Notes under the pieces: model-generated
What the model was told of the DNA's origin: nothing
The model's input: only the letters and a program-made list of their open reading frames with translations
Databases searched by the model: none
Origin: Octopus bimaculoides
Lineage: Eukaryota
Direction of reading: 5' to 3'
Assembly (NCBI RefSeq): GCF_001194135.2
Contig: NC_068984.1
Coordinates: 106,839,427 to 106,903,426 of the forward strand
DNA length: 64,000 bases
Shown: one piece after another, positions 1 to 14,049 of the stretch
Layout: each line of letters starts with the position of its first letter
How positions within the stretch are numbered: position 1 is the stretch's first letter
Translations under genes and position numbers: made by a program

Positions 1-940
1 CTTTTACTTATTTTAAAAGTTCTACAGCCAAGTTACATCTGTAGGAGGACCAGTTTCGTCACACGTTAGAGTGGTTGTCGACTGCTTTCTTGTCTCATTT
101 ATTATGGCGAATATCACCTCTACAGTTCCGAATTTCTTTCCTCTGGCTAAAGGTGTATTTGTGTTCCACATTTGTCTAATACAATTTTCGGTTTGCTGGT
201 GTGCTGCATATTCTATTTCTGCCTCCTTTTTGGCCCTATAGTTTGTATATGAATGTGCCGTAGATTTGTGCTGGACAGATCTTTGTATGTTCAGCATCAT
301 GTTTCGGCTATATTTCTCCAACATACTTTTCCCACTTTTTAGTTCATGTCAATAAAAATTTACTCGCTCATTTGAAGTATCACGTCGGTTAAACCGCTAA
401 AGCTAAATTTACAAGATTCATTGTCGTTGTTTGTCGAATTGGCGTTAATAGTGTTGGCGGCGATGGAAGTAGTGATAGCAGATGTTTTGAATGGAAAATT
501 AGTTTCTTGTTTTTTGTTCTGTGGCCTCATTTTCGTTGTTTTTCTATTTGTCTTTTTGTCGTTGCTGTTGTTCTTTATATCTTTTTGAGATGACGTAAAG
601 AGGGTTGGTGTGGTGGTGTTGTTTCACGTTCTTTTACATTGTTTTCCTTATTTGTACATCGCCTGTTGACTGCAGTATTACGCTGAAGAGAGAAGCTATT
701 TTTATAATAGCTGTTCGGGCCGTCATCACTTATTTCGATATGGGAATCAATGTAGATTCCTTTTTTCAAAAATATGGAGTTTTCAATAATAAATTTTAAA
801 ATTCGCCCTTCAAGGGCCAATTTTTCGTAAAGCCAGCTCGATCTTAGGAAAAATGCATAGACCAAACTTTGAAATAAAACTTACGAGATGCGAACAAGAG
901 ACTTCTCCTTCCAAATAAATATAATAATATTTTCCACTAT

Positions 941-1144
941 AAGCACAAGGCCTGAAAATTTTGGGGGAGATAGTAAGTCGATTACATTGACCCCAATGTT
1001 TAACTGGTATTTATTTTATCGAATCCCGAAATGATGATAGGCAAAGTCGACCACGGCGGAATTTGAACTCAGAAAGTAAAGACGAGCAAAATACAGCTAA
1101 ACATTTTGTTCGGCATGCTAACCATTCTGTTAACTTACCGCCTT
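941..1144 (-). mobile_element. tRNA-headed SINE, family A (near full length)
   Basis: Reverse complement reads AAGGCGGTAAGTTAACAGAATGGTTAGCATGCCG...CTGAGTTCAAATTCCGCCGTGGTCGACTTTGCC..., with A-box-like and B-box (GTTCAAATTC) motifs; alignable by eye to copies at 17201, 30386 and 51682. Confidence 0.85.
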
Positions 1145-1153
1145 AATATAAAT

Positions 1154-1154
<1 letters not shown>

Positions 1155-1236
<82 letters not shown>

Positions 1237-1253
1237 AAGAAGAAGAAGAAGAA
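1155..1253. repeat. compound microsatellite (AAT)n-(AAG)n
   Basis: Directly visible. Confidence 0.98.
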
Positions 1254-1261
1254 AGTGGGCT

Positions 1262-1404
1262 GGTCGAATCTATCTAGTACTTAGCTGCTACTTATTTCAT
1301 CAAACCAGAAAGGATGAAGACTAAGTCGATTGTGGTGGTTGCATTCAGAACGTAAAGATGGACGAAATGCCGTTAAGCATTTTATCCGACGGCAGCTCAT
1401 CGCT
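1262..1404 (-). mobile_element. SINE family A, degenerate copy
   Basis: CAGAACGTAAAGATGGACGAAATGCCGTTAAGCATTTTATCCG matches the reverse complement of the family A head/body. Confidence 0.7.
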
Positions 1405-1469
1405 ATAACAATAAACATGATTCTGCCAGCTGATCATACTATAACAATAAAAATGATAAGCAGAAGTGC

Positions 1470-1562
1470 AAGAAGAAGAAGAAGAAGAAGAAGAAGAAGA
1501 AGAAGAAGAAGAAGAAGAAGAAGAAGAAGAAGAAGAAGAAGAAGAAGAAGAAGAAGAAGAAG
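1470..1562. repeat. (AAG)n microsatellite
   Basis: Directly visible. Confidence 0.98.
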
Positions 1563-1906
1563 GGTCATCGTGTTACCAACTGGATGTGTTTACTATCACT
1601 TTGACTTCAACACATAAACTTCCACAGAATATATATTTAGTATATTTTAACAGCCGTTTTACTAGAACAGCAACAATGCTATAGCAACGAGTAGAGACAC
1701 GCCTTCTCAAGCTATAGCAGAACAAAGAGAAATACTGCGATAAAAGACGTAGGACATTATGATGAGAATAAACAAATTTAAATGTTGCTCGATGTTAGTT
1801 CAAGGCTTTTGTAATTATTTTTCATATCTTACAGCTGATCGATGTAATTATACTGGAAACAACTATTCCCCATCCCGAGTAAAGAATAAAAAATTAGAAG
1901 AATATA

Positions 1907-2139
1907 CAGGGTTGGCTAAAAGTCACCCGACAGTAAATCAAAATTCCATAAACACTATCTGTAATTCTGTATTGACTCGAATGGAAAAAATGTGTCACTC
2001 AAGAAAGACTTAAGTTTGAACAATTTTCATGATGCCTCATATTTATGTGTTTTTATTAAATTCATACAGTTATTAAACATAAATAAATCTTGGAATTAAA
2101 TGGCTTTATTTACTATCTGGTGACTTTTGGCCAACCCTG
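1907..2139. mobile_element. Tc1/mariner-type MITE, 233 bp
   Basis: TIR CAGGGTTGGCTAAAAGTCACCCGACAGTAAAT versus ATTTACTATCTGGTGACTTTTGGCCAACCCTG (3 mismatches in 32 bp), flanked by TA on both sides (1905-1906, 2140-2141); no ORF of note. Confidence 0.9.
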
Positions 2140-2580
2140 TATATTCAACACATTGAGTAACAGAGGATATTGTTTGACGAAATTAGAATTCGACGTGACA
2201 TGAAACGTTCGGTGGAGCAAAGGAATATTGAACAAAATTTCAAAACCTGCTTTTTTTTAATCTTAAAAGGATATATTTGAAAACTTATCTTTATCCAAGG
2301 AAAGAAAGAGAGCTTAATTCATAATCTTTCCCATTGAAATTTAAGTTGAAAGGTGTGACACAGAGGATTCCAAGTGTTGTAGAGACAAATAGCCGCCTGA
2401 TAGTTAAGTTTGTGTAGTTAAGGTATGTGGTGCACTTGTATTTTGCCTTCATTTCTTTCAGATTCTTTTCTCTTTCTTAATTTATTATGTTTTGTTATTT
2501 TTTTGGTTGTGCTGTTAATTCACTTTAATTTTGAAAATGGAATCTGCAACAGTAAAAACATACAGTTGGAACTCTTCAGC

Positions 2581-2945
2581 CATGAATGGAAGGAAGAGAA
2601 CAGAATTAAAAAAAAAAGAATTTGTAAAGAAGAAAATGACGTACATGAGAAATTCTGAACAGGAATATGTAAACGCTTATACAAACAAAAGAGTCAGTAA
2701 AGTATTATAGGACCACACATTTCTTCACATGAAGAAATTTGTGATTCCCTAAAGCTGGAGGAGTTTCCCAGGAGTTTCGAAAATATTTTATTCTTTGTGG
2801 CAGCTGAGTAATTATGATGATCAGACGTGATATATTATGCATATTAAAATTTGTATGTAGACATGCCATTGAACGAACTTATAAGAAGCAAGGTGCAAAT
2901 CAAAAAAGTAACTTTAAAATATACTGTACTAGCTGTTTTTCCAGG
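2581..2945 (+). pseudogene. Sola1-type DNA transposase remnant, N-terminal part
   Basis: Frameshifted translation MNGRKR...MRNSEQEYVN... and FYSLWQLSNYDDQT resembles the Sola1 N-terminal motifs (RKR..RNSGxEY; FWxLxNYDxQ). Recognised from memory of the family, not from a search. Confidence 0.6.
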
Positions 2946-4069
2946 TTTCACTCGGGCAGTGTAGTGCATTTGGTTAAAGGCTATTTCCTATGTATATTTT
3001 GAATAATAAAAAGAACTAAAAATAACAAACAAAAATTCCCAAAACAAAAAATAGTAAGAACAACCCCAAAAGAATACGATGCTAAGGATTTTGCGGGTCG
3101 ATATTGTAAAACTAACTTCACGTGTGTACCCATAGCTCCATGTAGTCACGGAACCTTATTTGTGGTATAACCTCGCCTTAAAAGAAAAATATATGGTAGT
3201 GCACTTGTTGTATTGGCGACACAAGAATGTTAATCGAAACTGTTCAAGATCAATCATAGGTTGGACGTTCATGTACACTGATTAGAATTGTGAATTTCAA
3301 TTATTGAAAACGCGTTCCCGGATGGATACAATTGTGCAGAGTCCATTTGTCTCAATATGGAAAAGCTGTTTGAATGTCGACGTTTGAACACATTTGTAAC
3401 TGAAGTTNNNNNNNNNNNNNNNNNNNNNNNNNNNNNNNNNNNNNNNNNNNNNNNNNNNNNNNNNNNNNNNNNNNNNNNNNNNNNNNNNNNNNNNNNNNNN
3501 NNNNNNNNNNNNNNNNNNNNNNNNNNNNNNNNNNNNNNNNNNNNNNNNNNNNNNNNNNNNNNNNNNNNNNNNNNNNNNNNNNNNNNNNNNNNNNNNNNNN
3601 NNNNNNNNNNNNNNNNNNNNNNNNNNNNNNNNNNNNNNNNNNNNNNNNNNNNNNNNNNNNNNNNNNNNNNNNNNNNNNNNNNNNNNNNNNNNNNNNNNNN
3701 NNNNNNNNNNNNNNNNNNNNNNNNNNNNNNNNNNAAAAACAAACGCAGCCACATTACTTGGAAAAAAATAATCTTTATTGTGCTGGTTTTTCGTAACGTA
3801 AAATTTCGCGCATGGGAAAGGCAACAAAATCGCCCCTCCTCACTTTGAATGGGATATTCCTATCTTAAAAAGTAATAATCGATTATCTCGGTAACCATGG
3901 GAGTTGGAGGGCAATAAAAATCTCCTGAACGTGAGCGGACCATGCTGCCGCTCTGTGCTGAATTTCACGCGATTCCACTGCACCGTTCTCGAGTGAATCT
4001 GCCGATACTCAATCAATCAATCAATGAAGCAAGCAAGCAATCAAGAACACTGCAATTTATAGTATAGAT

Positions 4070-5461
4070 TATCTGAAAGTGTAGTTCATCAAATCTGTAG
4101 GAAAGCATTTCTAGGTATTCATGAACTATCAAATAAAAGCGTATGGAATGCAGTAAGAAAAAAAAAATGAACAAGGAGAAGGATCTAAAAGGGAAAAATA
4201 TATCAAGAAATAAAATAAACAAAGTAAAGCTGAATAGAGTGACGAAACACGTTGAAAATTTATCTACATTCACAAGTCATTGCTCACGAGCATATTCTCC
4301 TAATAGGTTATTCTTGACTTCAGGTCCTACTAATTGAATCAAGAGTTTGTACCAGGATTATAATGTGTGTATGTTAGATAACAGTCCTGAAGAGGAAATT
4401 GTAAGCATGGATTATTACAGAAAAATGTTGATGTCGCAACATAATATAAACATTCACCAACCAAAATCTGATATTTGTAAAACCTACGACAAATTTAAAG
4501 TTTCTATTGAAAATGCGTATGATGTGGAATCGTAGAATTCCATTGGACAAATATTAGATGTTTACGTGGATACAGCCAGCGATGCCAGAAATCTGTTGAA
4601 CTCGTTCAAATCAAATGATGCCCCTAGTGTATTAGCAATCTATGAAAACGTATTGCAAGCTTCACACCAAGAGTGTACTCTGATATAGCTTATTATAAAT
4701 CTAGGTTATAGACGTACAATTTGAGTCTCTTCAACCATACAATGAATCAACCAATCATGTAATTGCTGGAAGTTGCATACACCAATATATTAGGAAAAAT
4801 AGCGACTGTGAGGTTAGAGAACTTTGTATGTATTTTCAGAAAAAACAAAAATATGAATTTAGATCTGATGTACTTAAAAAAAGTCTCTCTTGAACATTGC
4901 TCCATATTGAAAACATTTATCTACTTGCTGATCACACGATAGTACTCTGTGATATTCAATGGCCAAATTAAGCAAAATATGAAAAAGTATTACAGTAATG
5001 TCATTTATACCGAAAAGGATTATGTTACAGCAATAACTATTGCTGTTTCGCATCACTTTCTATTTGTAGAAACGAAACAGAGCAATTTTCTTGAGGTTGA
5101 TGTCCTGAAATTATGCATTGTGAAGAAGAAATCAGGAGCTGCTGAGTCTACTGATGCAAGAAATTTAATATTTGATTTTAAAAGCATACGTCATTGCCAC
5201 TGCTTATCATACAATCTCTGATAATTAATATCCTGTCAGATTGCATAGAGGCAAAAAAATTTATAATGCCAGTTCATTCAACCTATCCTAGCATACACGC
5301 GAAATGAACTGTTACCAATATAAAAAAATGGAAGACCTCAAAGAATTGACACTTTTGATGACAACAAATGCAGCGAATCACTATCAGAATTAGTAAACAG
5401 AGACCCTGCTGAATCAAGTACCACAACATTGGGCGACGATGTAAACAACGAATTACACTAA
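4070..5461 (+). pseudogene. Sola1-type DNA transposase remnant, central and C-terminal part
   Basis: Successive fragments ICRKAFLGIH, KHVENLSTFTSHCSRAYSPNRLFL, YYRKMLMSQHNINIHQPKSDICKTYDKF, AYYKSRL*TYNL, VIYTEKDY, LPI-KKMEDLKEL match the Sola1 motif order (SHYxR; FxxPKxDxCxxCD; YKxxLxxYN; IYTxxDY; KxxDLxxL); many stops and frameshifts. Confidence 0.75.
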
Positions 5462-6794
5462 TAATATAAATATATATAAACAGATAGATATAAATACGGA
5501 ATTTTCTGTTAATATATCCATGTTTGATAATGCATTCTATTTCCTAAACAAACAAATCTATAAGCTAGTTGTAAATTAAAAAGATATGATTTTTAAAAAT
5601 TCAATTGTGTTTTTGTCTCAATGCATCAACACTTATTATGCAATAATAGATCACATACATACGTATAAATAAACAATTCACTAAATCACAATAACAACAA
5701 AGCTGAAACATCCACATTGTTTGTAAAACTTCAAACGGCTTTTGATGCAAAGTTGTAAAATGTTAAATGTTTCCTTCTTCCACAGAACACTTCACATAAA
5801 CTGATATAAATTATCTGTGAATAGAAGAAATTTTAGCAGCTTTGTTCATGGTTGTAATGTTAAAAGTGACAATAAGCATAAAAACAACAATGTCAATAAT
5901 GTAGAAATAACTAATACCATACATCATAATTCCCTACGATATCATTCTTTTATTAGTGCCAGAATATTTATCCTGCATTGCTATAAGAATTTTATCACAT
6001 TCTATAGGACAAAACAAAATGTAGCAGTACTAATGAGGGCTTACGATATACTATTTACATAGGACTGACTTAGCTAAACTAAATTTTTAAAAAACTCATA
6101 TGAATATTATAGTCGTTTAAAAACTCTTATCTAATTGATGGTTCCTATAAACAATTAATAATGAAGCTCAGTATAATAAAGCGTGAATATCTATTGATGT
6201 AAGGGAGTTAAACGTTTCCCCATATGCTTGCATTCTCATAACAGAAATATCGTGTTAATACAGAATGTACCGTTGCAAAAGATAAATGTAACCAATACAG
6301 AATAGACGATTAGGAGAATGGGGGGAAAAGTGAAGAATAGATAATCTATGTAGGATGCATAGTAACGTACTCCAGGTGATTAGGATTATCTTCAGAAAAA
6401 AAAAACAAAAATAAAAAAATTCCTTCTATCCAATACGATAATAAGATATAATCCAAACACTGAACAACCACGACTGCAAAGGAAATACTTAAAGCTAGCC
6501 AAAACTGACTATGCAGTAACAGCAGAGAAGTAGGTGTTGCGACAAAAAAGTAAACTTTTAAAACGAAGATAAACATAGCTAACATATGGTAGATTGTGCA
6601 GTAACAACAGAAATTGCAACCACAAGACAATATCTAATCCATGATTTGTTTTAAATAGTTGTGGAGGCTAGTAGAACCCAGGTATTGGCAACGTTCCAAA
6701 TAATATTTGAGATAGTGAGATAGTAAACAGCCAAATAAAGTCAACCTTCAAAACTATTTTGAAGAATTCATACCATATAATCAGGTCTTCAAGA

Positions 6795-6844
<50 letters not shown>

Positions 6845-6916
6845 NNNNNNNNNNNNNNNNNNNNNNNNNNNNNNNNNNNNNNNNNNNNNNNNNNNNNNNN
6901 NNNNNNNNNNNNNNNN

Positions 6917-6955
<39 letters not shown>

Positions 6956-9040
6956 ACACATGCATGCGCGTTTGTGTGTGAATGTGTGCGTCTTTTTAAA
7001 CAAAGAATTACTTCCTGTATTGAAGATGTAAATACAAATTCTATAAAAAATTGACTGGCTGTTTATAAGCAAAGATCCACTAGATGATACGAAATACGCG
7101 TAAAGAATGATTTTACCTACAAGAACGTCACTGATTAGATCTAAGACCACTGGTTTACCAAATGACACCATGGTAAATTTCACTAAAACATCAATAGAGA
7201 AGTGGTAGGCAATAGCATCACGCCTCTCGGATATTCCCAATTCACAGTAAATCTGATCTCCATCTCATCCTATACTTGTGACTTTAGAGTCAGTTGATAT
7301 AAATGCAAAATTTTGGTAATATATGAGAAGATAGAAAATATAGGTCATCTGTTATCATCTATTCATGTTCGACTTTAAATTTCATATTGAAAAGTATCTC
7401 AGCTTGACAGTTTCCTCAGTAAATAGAGCAACGTCCTTTTTCATCAGAAAATGCATTCGATTTCAGGCCTAAAATAGCAGCAAAGATAGACATGTTCAGA
7501 TCAGATAAGTCAGTCAGGGCGAAAGACTCGAAAAGAATATCTTGAATTAGCCTCTATGCCCAGGAATTAAATATTTTTACATAAATAAAAATTAGTTTTG
7601 GCTCCAATGAAAAAAAAATGGCCTGAATGAGCTTACACGAGCGACAATACCTGCCACACAATATCACTCTATCACTGCTAGATATTAAACTTAAAAGGAA
7701 TATGCACAATTCCTACAACGAAGACAACAAATGTAACTTGCACGTTTTACTTTCTGACACAGTATTTCATCATCTTCCTATCAATTTTCACTGTTCTTTT
7801 CCTGGGGTGGAGTTTTGATGTAATCCAAGAGAAATTGTTTCTCTTCACTTGTCTCAGCTGTTCTAAGCTAGGTTTTCTTTTCCTCTTTGCTTTTTACTGA
7901 GCCTTTGGTGATTTGCCACTATAATTATTGCTTCATCACCAGCTGAAAGTGATACTACCGGCTGGTATTATTTGGTATCGATGATTTGCTGCCTATTTAT
8001 GACAGTGGAGCTAAAGAAATAACCTTTGCTATCCCCTGAGTTTAAATTGGTGGTAGCAATAAAGAAATGGTTATAACATTTATGATGTGTAATTGAAATA
8101 CTTATCATCTGTTTTTGTTGTAATATTTATTTTCAAAATCTTTCTAAAACTTTCTCTGATTCAGATTTACTTATTGTTCAACATTTGGGAGCATAAGTTG
8201 CATGTTCGGTTAAGAAGCGGGGAGAAGACGAAATATTTTGTAACAATTGGTTTACGCACTTTATCACCTTTTAAGTTTAATCAAAAGGGTATTTTTTCCT
8301 CTATTCCTATTTTTAAATATATCTACACTTAATATACTAGGAGCAAGAACGGTGGTTGACAGATTTGTTACTGCTAGCTTCTGTGTAAAACTCACGCTCA
8401 GATCAGTTTTTCTTAATATCCTTACGGGGTCAAGTACTAAGTTCATTTTCGTCCACTAACTCCACTTGAAAATTTCTTGTACAATGCATATGTTTTCTGT
8501 TAATTGTGCTATGTATTACATCCAAAGTATATATTTTGATTAAGTGTAGTCATCATCTGGAAATCTTTTCTATTAACTGGGGCCTGGTTAAGTGAAATCT
8601 TTCATTGTCTGAGATATATCTTAGAACGCTATATAATGGACAAGACAAAAGTCTTTAGGGAAACATTAGATTCAATGATTCATTTGAACAGTAAAATAGA
8701 ATTATTCATAGGAAGAGAAAACTAAATGTTTTAAAGCGTATTTTTTCGTGCTATTCAGAATAGATTATCTGTGTATTTTATTTGCTGAGAATCGTAATTC
8801 TTTGAAATAATCAACTTTTTTGTTTTATCCTTCATTGTCCGTCTGTACCTAAATACAATGAGTCTGTCTGTACCCTTATGGCATGAAAAATAGTTGAATT
8901 ATGCATTAGATGTGGCTTGGAATAAATCTAAGAATGATTATAACTAGGGAATCGATTTTATATCCAACGCGTATTTACACCAGTTTTAAAGAAATGTAAT
9001 TGTAAAAGATACAAGATTACTAGTGTAACTGAAACTGCAA

Positions 9041-9164
9041 CTAACCGATTTGTTGGTTTGCTTCTCAAGGAAGCTAACCGATTCGTTGGTTTGCTTCTCA
9101 AGGAAGCTAACCGATTCGTTGGTTTGCTTCTCAAGGAAGCTAACCGATTCGTTGGTTTGCTTCT
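9041..9164. repeat. 33-bp tandem repeat, about 3.8 copies, each unit a hairpin
   Basis: Unit CTAACCGATTCGTTGGTTTGCTTCTCAAGGAAG starts at 9041, 9074, 9107 and 9140 (partial); one mismatch in the first unit. Confidence 0.97.
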
Positions 9165-9239
9165 AATTTATGTCACTTATTGTTTATATATTCTTGTACA
9201 AAAAGTCACATTCCGTTCTGAGTACTCCCCAAGAAAGTA

Positions 9240-9480
9240 CGTATCGTCGTCGATGGCGGCGGTGGGTTTATCTCGTATCCGAGAATTTATTTTCTTCTTT
9301 GCTGAATGTTTCCTTCATGGTAATGCCGTCGATGACTCTGTAGACCAATTCTTGCATAGAAGAGCATTGACTGTATGGCAATGTTGGTGGAGTACGAGGT
9401 TGATTTTGTCGATTCTCTCTCTCCTGTTGTTTGATTTCTTCCTTTTCTCTTCTGGTGGCTTCCGGTGACTTCTGGTGACC
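9240..9480 (-). mobile_element. RTE-clade LINE 3' end fragment
   Basis: Minus-strand frames give EATRREKEEIKQQERENRQNQPRTPPTLPYSQC and then YARIGLQSHRRH, matching the RTE C-terminal CxxC...RIGLxSHxR motif. Confidence 0.65.
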
Positions 9481-10214
9481 TATATAATAGTGCATATATA
9501 AACATTTATATGTATATGTGTGTGCGTATATCTATATGTATATTTTCTTTCTCTCACTGATTTAGCTAGTACAATTTCTGACTTCATATAAATGGCTACG
9601 TCTATTTTTAGAAATTGACCATTATATCTTCTTATTCTTCCCTTCGTTTTTGAGGTTTACTGCTCACTTTTAGTACCCCACTCTGTACCATATTCTTTAT
9701 CTATCTCTCCACCTTAGTGCCTTTTCAAACATATCAACCCACCTCCAACTTCTCATACATATTCCTTCCTCACATTCTTATCTCTTCTTTCTATCCATCC
9801 CCCTATTCTTTTTATCTACTGATAGCTCTCCTCTTCCTACTCCCTCACAATATCTTGACCACCATCTAGCACTCCGTTTTTCCTTTTTTCTTTCACTTTC
9901 CTCTTTCCTTCTAATTCTCAAAATTTCATTTGCACTACAAAATCCTTTTGAATGAACAGCACATGGAATTAATATCTGCAAACAATCCAGCTGAAACAAT
10001 AATATATGAACACCTATCGGAATTTACATACAATAGATAAGAAGCCTCTTTACCCATTCTACACAGTACATTCCTTGGATAACGGAACAGTAACTTTAAA
10101 ATCCAACATATATTTTTATTCTCTTATTTTCCTTTGTACCTCCTGTATCTCTCTCTTTCCAAAATAACTTCTTATATAATGAACTCTACTATTTTCTTCT
10201 ATTGAAACTCTTTT

Positions 10215-10272
10215 ATATCGTCTCTGACGATGGGTTATATTTTATATCCCTGAAACAGCTGTAAGACTATAT
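10215..10272 (+). ncRNA. type I minimal hammerhead ribozyme motif (PLE pseudo-LTR or retrozyme-like)
   Basis: Stem I ATATCGTCT/AGACTATAT (1 mismatch), core CTGACGA, stem II GGGTTATA/TATATCCC (1 mismatch), GAAA, palindromic stem III ACAGCTGT, cleavage triplet GTA (10261-10263). Confidence 0.8.
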
Positions 10273-10903
10273 TTCTCTTTATAAATGTCCTAAAAATATC
10301 ACACTGCCTTGGCCTTGCTATCTCATCGTATTTAGCATATNNNNNNNNNNNNNNNNNNNNNNNNNNNNNNNNNNNNNNNNNNNNNNNNNNNNNNNNNNNN
10401 NNNNNNNNNNNNNNNNNNNNNNNNNNNNNNNNNNNNNNNNNNNNNNNNNNNNNNNNNNNNNNNNNNNNNNNNNNNNNNNNNNNNNNNNNNNNNNNNNNNN
10501 NNNNNNNNNNNNNNNNNNNNNNNNNNNNNNNNNNNNNNNNNNNNNNNNNNNNNNNNNNNNNNNNNNNNNNNNNNNNNNNNNNNNNNNNNNNNNNNNNNNN
10601 NNNNNNNNNNNNNNNNNNNNNNNNNNNNNNNNNNNNNNNNNNNNNNNNNNNNNNNNNNNNNNNNNNNNNNNNNNNNNNNNNNNNNNNNNNNNNNNNNNNN
10701 NNNNNNNNNNNNNNNNNNNNNNNNNNNNNNNNNNNNNNNNNNNATATATACACTAAAACTTGTAAAATACTGGGGAATATTCAAGTAAAATATAGCGATA
10801 GAGAAGACATAGTTGAAAAATGAAAGCCAACACACGAACACCCGCACATTTATTACGTATGTATTTCTCTAACCTTTCTCTCTCTATTCTCTCACTTCTC
10901 TCT

Positions 10904-10943
<40 letters not shown>

Positions 10944-11858
10944 ACTCTTCTCTCCACACACACACACACACACATTTACATATATACATCAGAAATAAAA
11001 GGGGTTAATATATCCAGGCAGATATCTAAAAAGCACTGTGTAAAACGAACTTGGTTGACTATATGAAACAATCAGATACCAATAAACTGAAATTGAATTA
11101 GCAGCCGAGGTAACTCTTCATGTATGACAATTAAATCCAAATATCGTTTGTAAAAAATTCAAGAAATTCGGTGTATAGGACAAGAACAAGAAAGACAGAA
11201 AAAAAGAATAATAAATAATAATCTTTAATTTATGATTCCACCACACATTACCGATAATCATGCCTATTGAACCAGCATATAGTTATATATTAGAAATATT
11301 TTCTCAGTTCACTTTGAATTTTGCCCATTTTGGATTGCGTTGATAACGTAGTTTTATATATGTTCGTATATATTAATTTTACTGGTATTTATTAACCTTC
11401 TACTATATCTGAATATGCTGGCACCATAGAAACGCTCAACGGTAATGTACGGTGTAATCACCCGTTAAAGATGTGGCTTTCTCCATTTTTATGATTCTTG
11501 TATGTGTGTGTAATTTCTATATGTGTATTTATTTATATATTGCATATATCATTTGAAATACGTATACATATATACACACCCATACATGTATTCATATAGG
11601 TGTGTGTCTGTTTATGTGTGTGTGTGTGTGTGTGTGTGTTTATGTGTGTGCGCGTGTGTGTTTATGTGTGTGTGTTTGTGTACCTACGTTCCTTTATGAA
11701 GAATGAATCAGAAAGGAGAATCTTCTGTATATATCGTAAAGGATATGATTCATTAATTGACTTTGTCTCCTGACACGCGCTTATTGTCGCTGCGGTCTTC
11801 AGGTGAAGATCTCATTCTCGCAAAACTCCAGTCAGAAAGGAAAATATTAGTTTTAGTT

Positions 11859-11907
<49 letters not shown>

Positions 11908-12139
11908 CCCCCCACACACACACACATAAATATGTATGTATTTATGTATGTATGTATACATGTTTGCATGCGTGTATGTTTGTATGTATTTATGTATTTC
12001 GCTTAAGTTTTGCGAGACCAATAACCCGTTGTAGAACTCAATACACGTACGTACATTTCAGAAGGGGCTCCGATGAAGATATAAGGTGTTATTCAGGCAC
12101 TCAAGTATGAGTCCACAGCATCTATTAGCAGAAACATCT

Positions 12140-13580
<1,441 letters not shown>

Positions 13581-14049
13581 TTTACTGAAATATCGATGTT
13601 AGCAGAATAAGATATAAGTGTATGACGTAGTGGCAGTGGTGTGAGGTCTGCTTGAGTTATATATAACATCAAAGGCTTGGTTGCTCATGTGTTGCAAGTT
13701 TCCGCTCACAATCGCTCGAAGCCTCGTAAACAGATTTAAACGTAAATAAACTGCAACAGCTTCCGGCAAGATGATGGATAAAATGGTAAAATAATAAAAA
13801 CACATTTTTTAAAGATGATGAAGAATTTCGTTTCCTGCTTTTGTCGTCATTATCATCTCATTAATATGCATAGACACAGTTCCACTTAAAACCTCCTTGC
13901 CTGGAATTTTGACCTTACATTGGTGAATAAATTAGCAAATAATACCATGTATTGTTATGATTATTTTGATTGTCAAAAGTAGTTAAATGAGACATGAGAA
14001 AGGAAGAAAATTCCTTGAATTAAATGCCTACATTTTACGTTTCGCGATC

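Noticed and set aside
1-870. Possible LINE ORF1/ORF2 junction remnant on the minus strand
   Set aside because: Composition is suggestive, but no diagnostic motif was found.
7030-8700. Moderately complex sequence that might be a decayed transposase
   Set aside because: No recognisable conserved motifs in any frame.
9041-9164. CRISPR-like palindromic repeat
   Set aside because: There are no unique spacers and no cas genes, and the context is eukaryotic; it is a plain tandem repeat. The 136-aa ORF 9058-9468 is a by-product.
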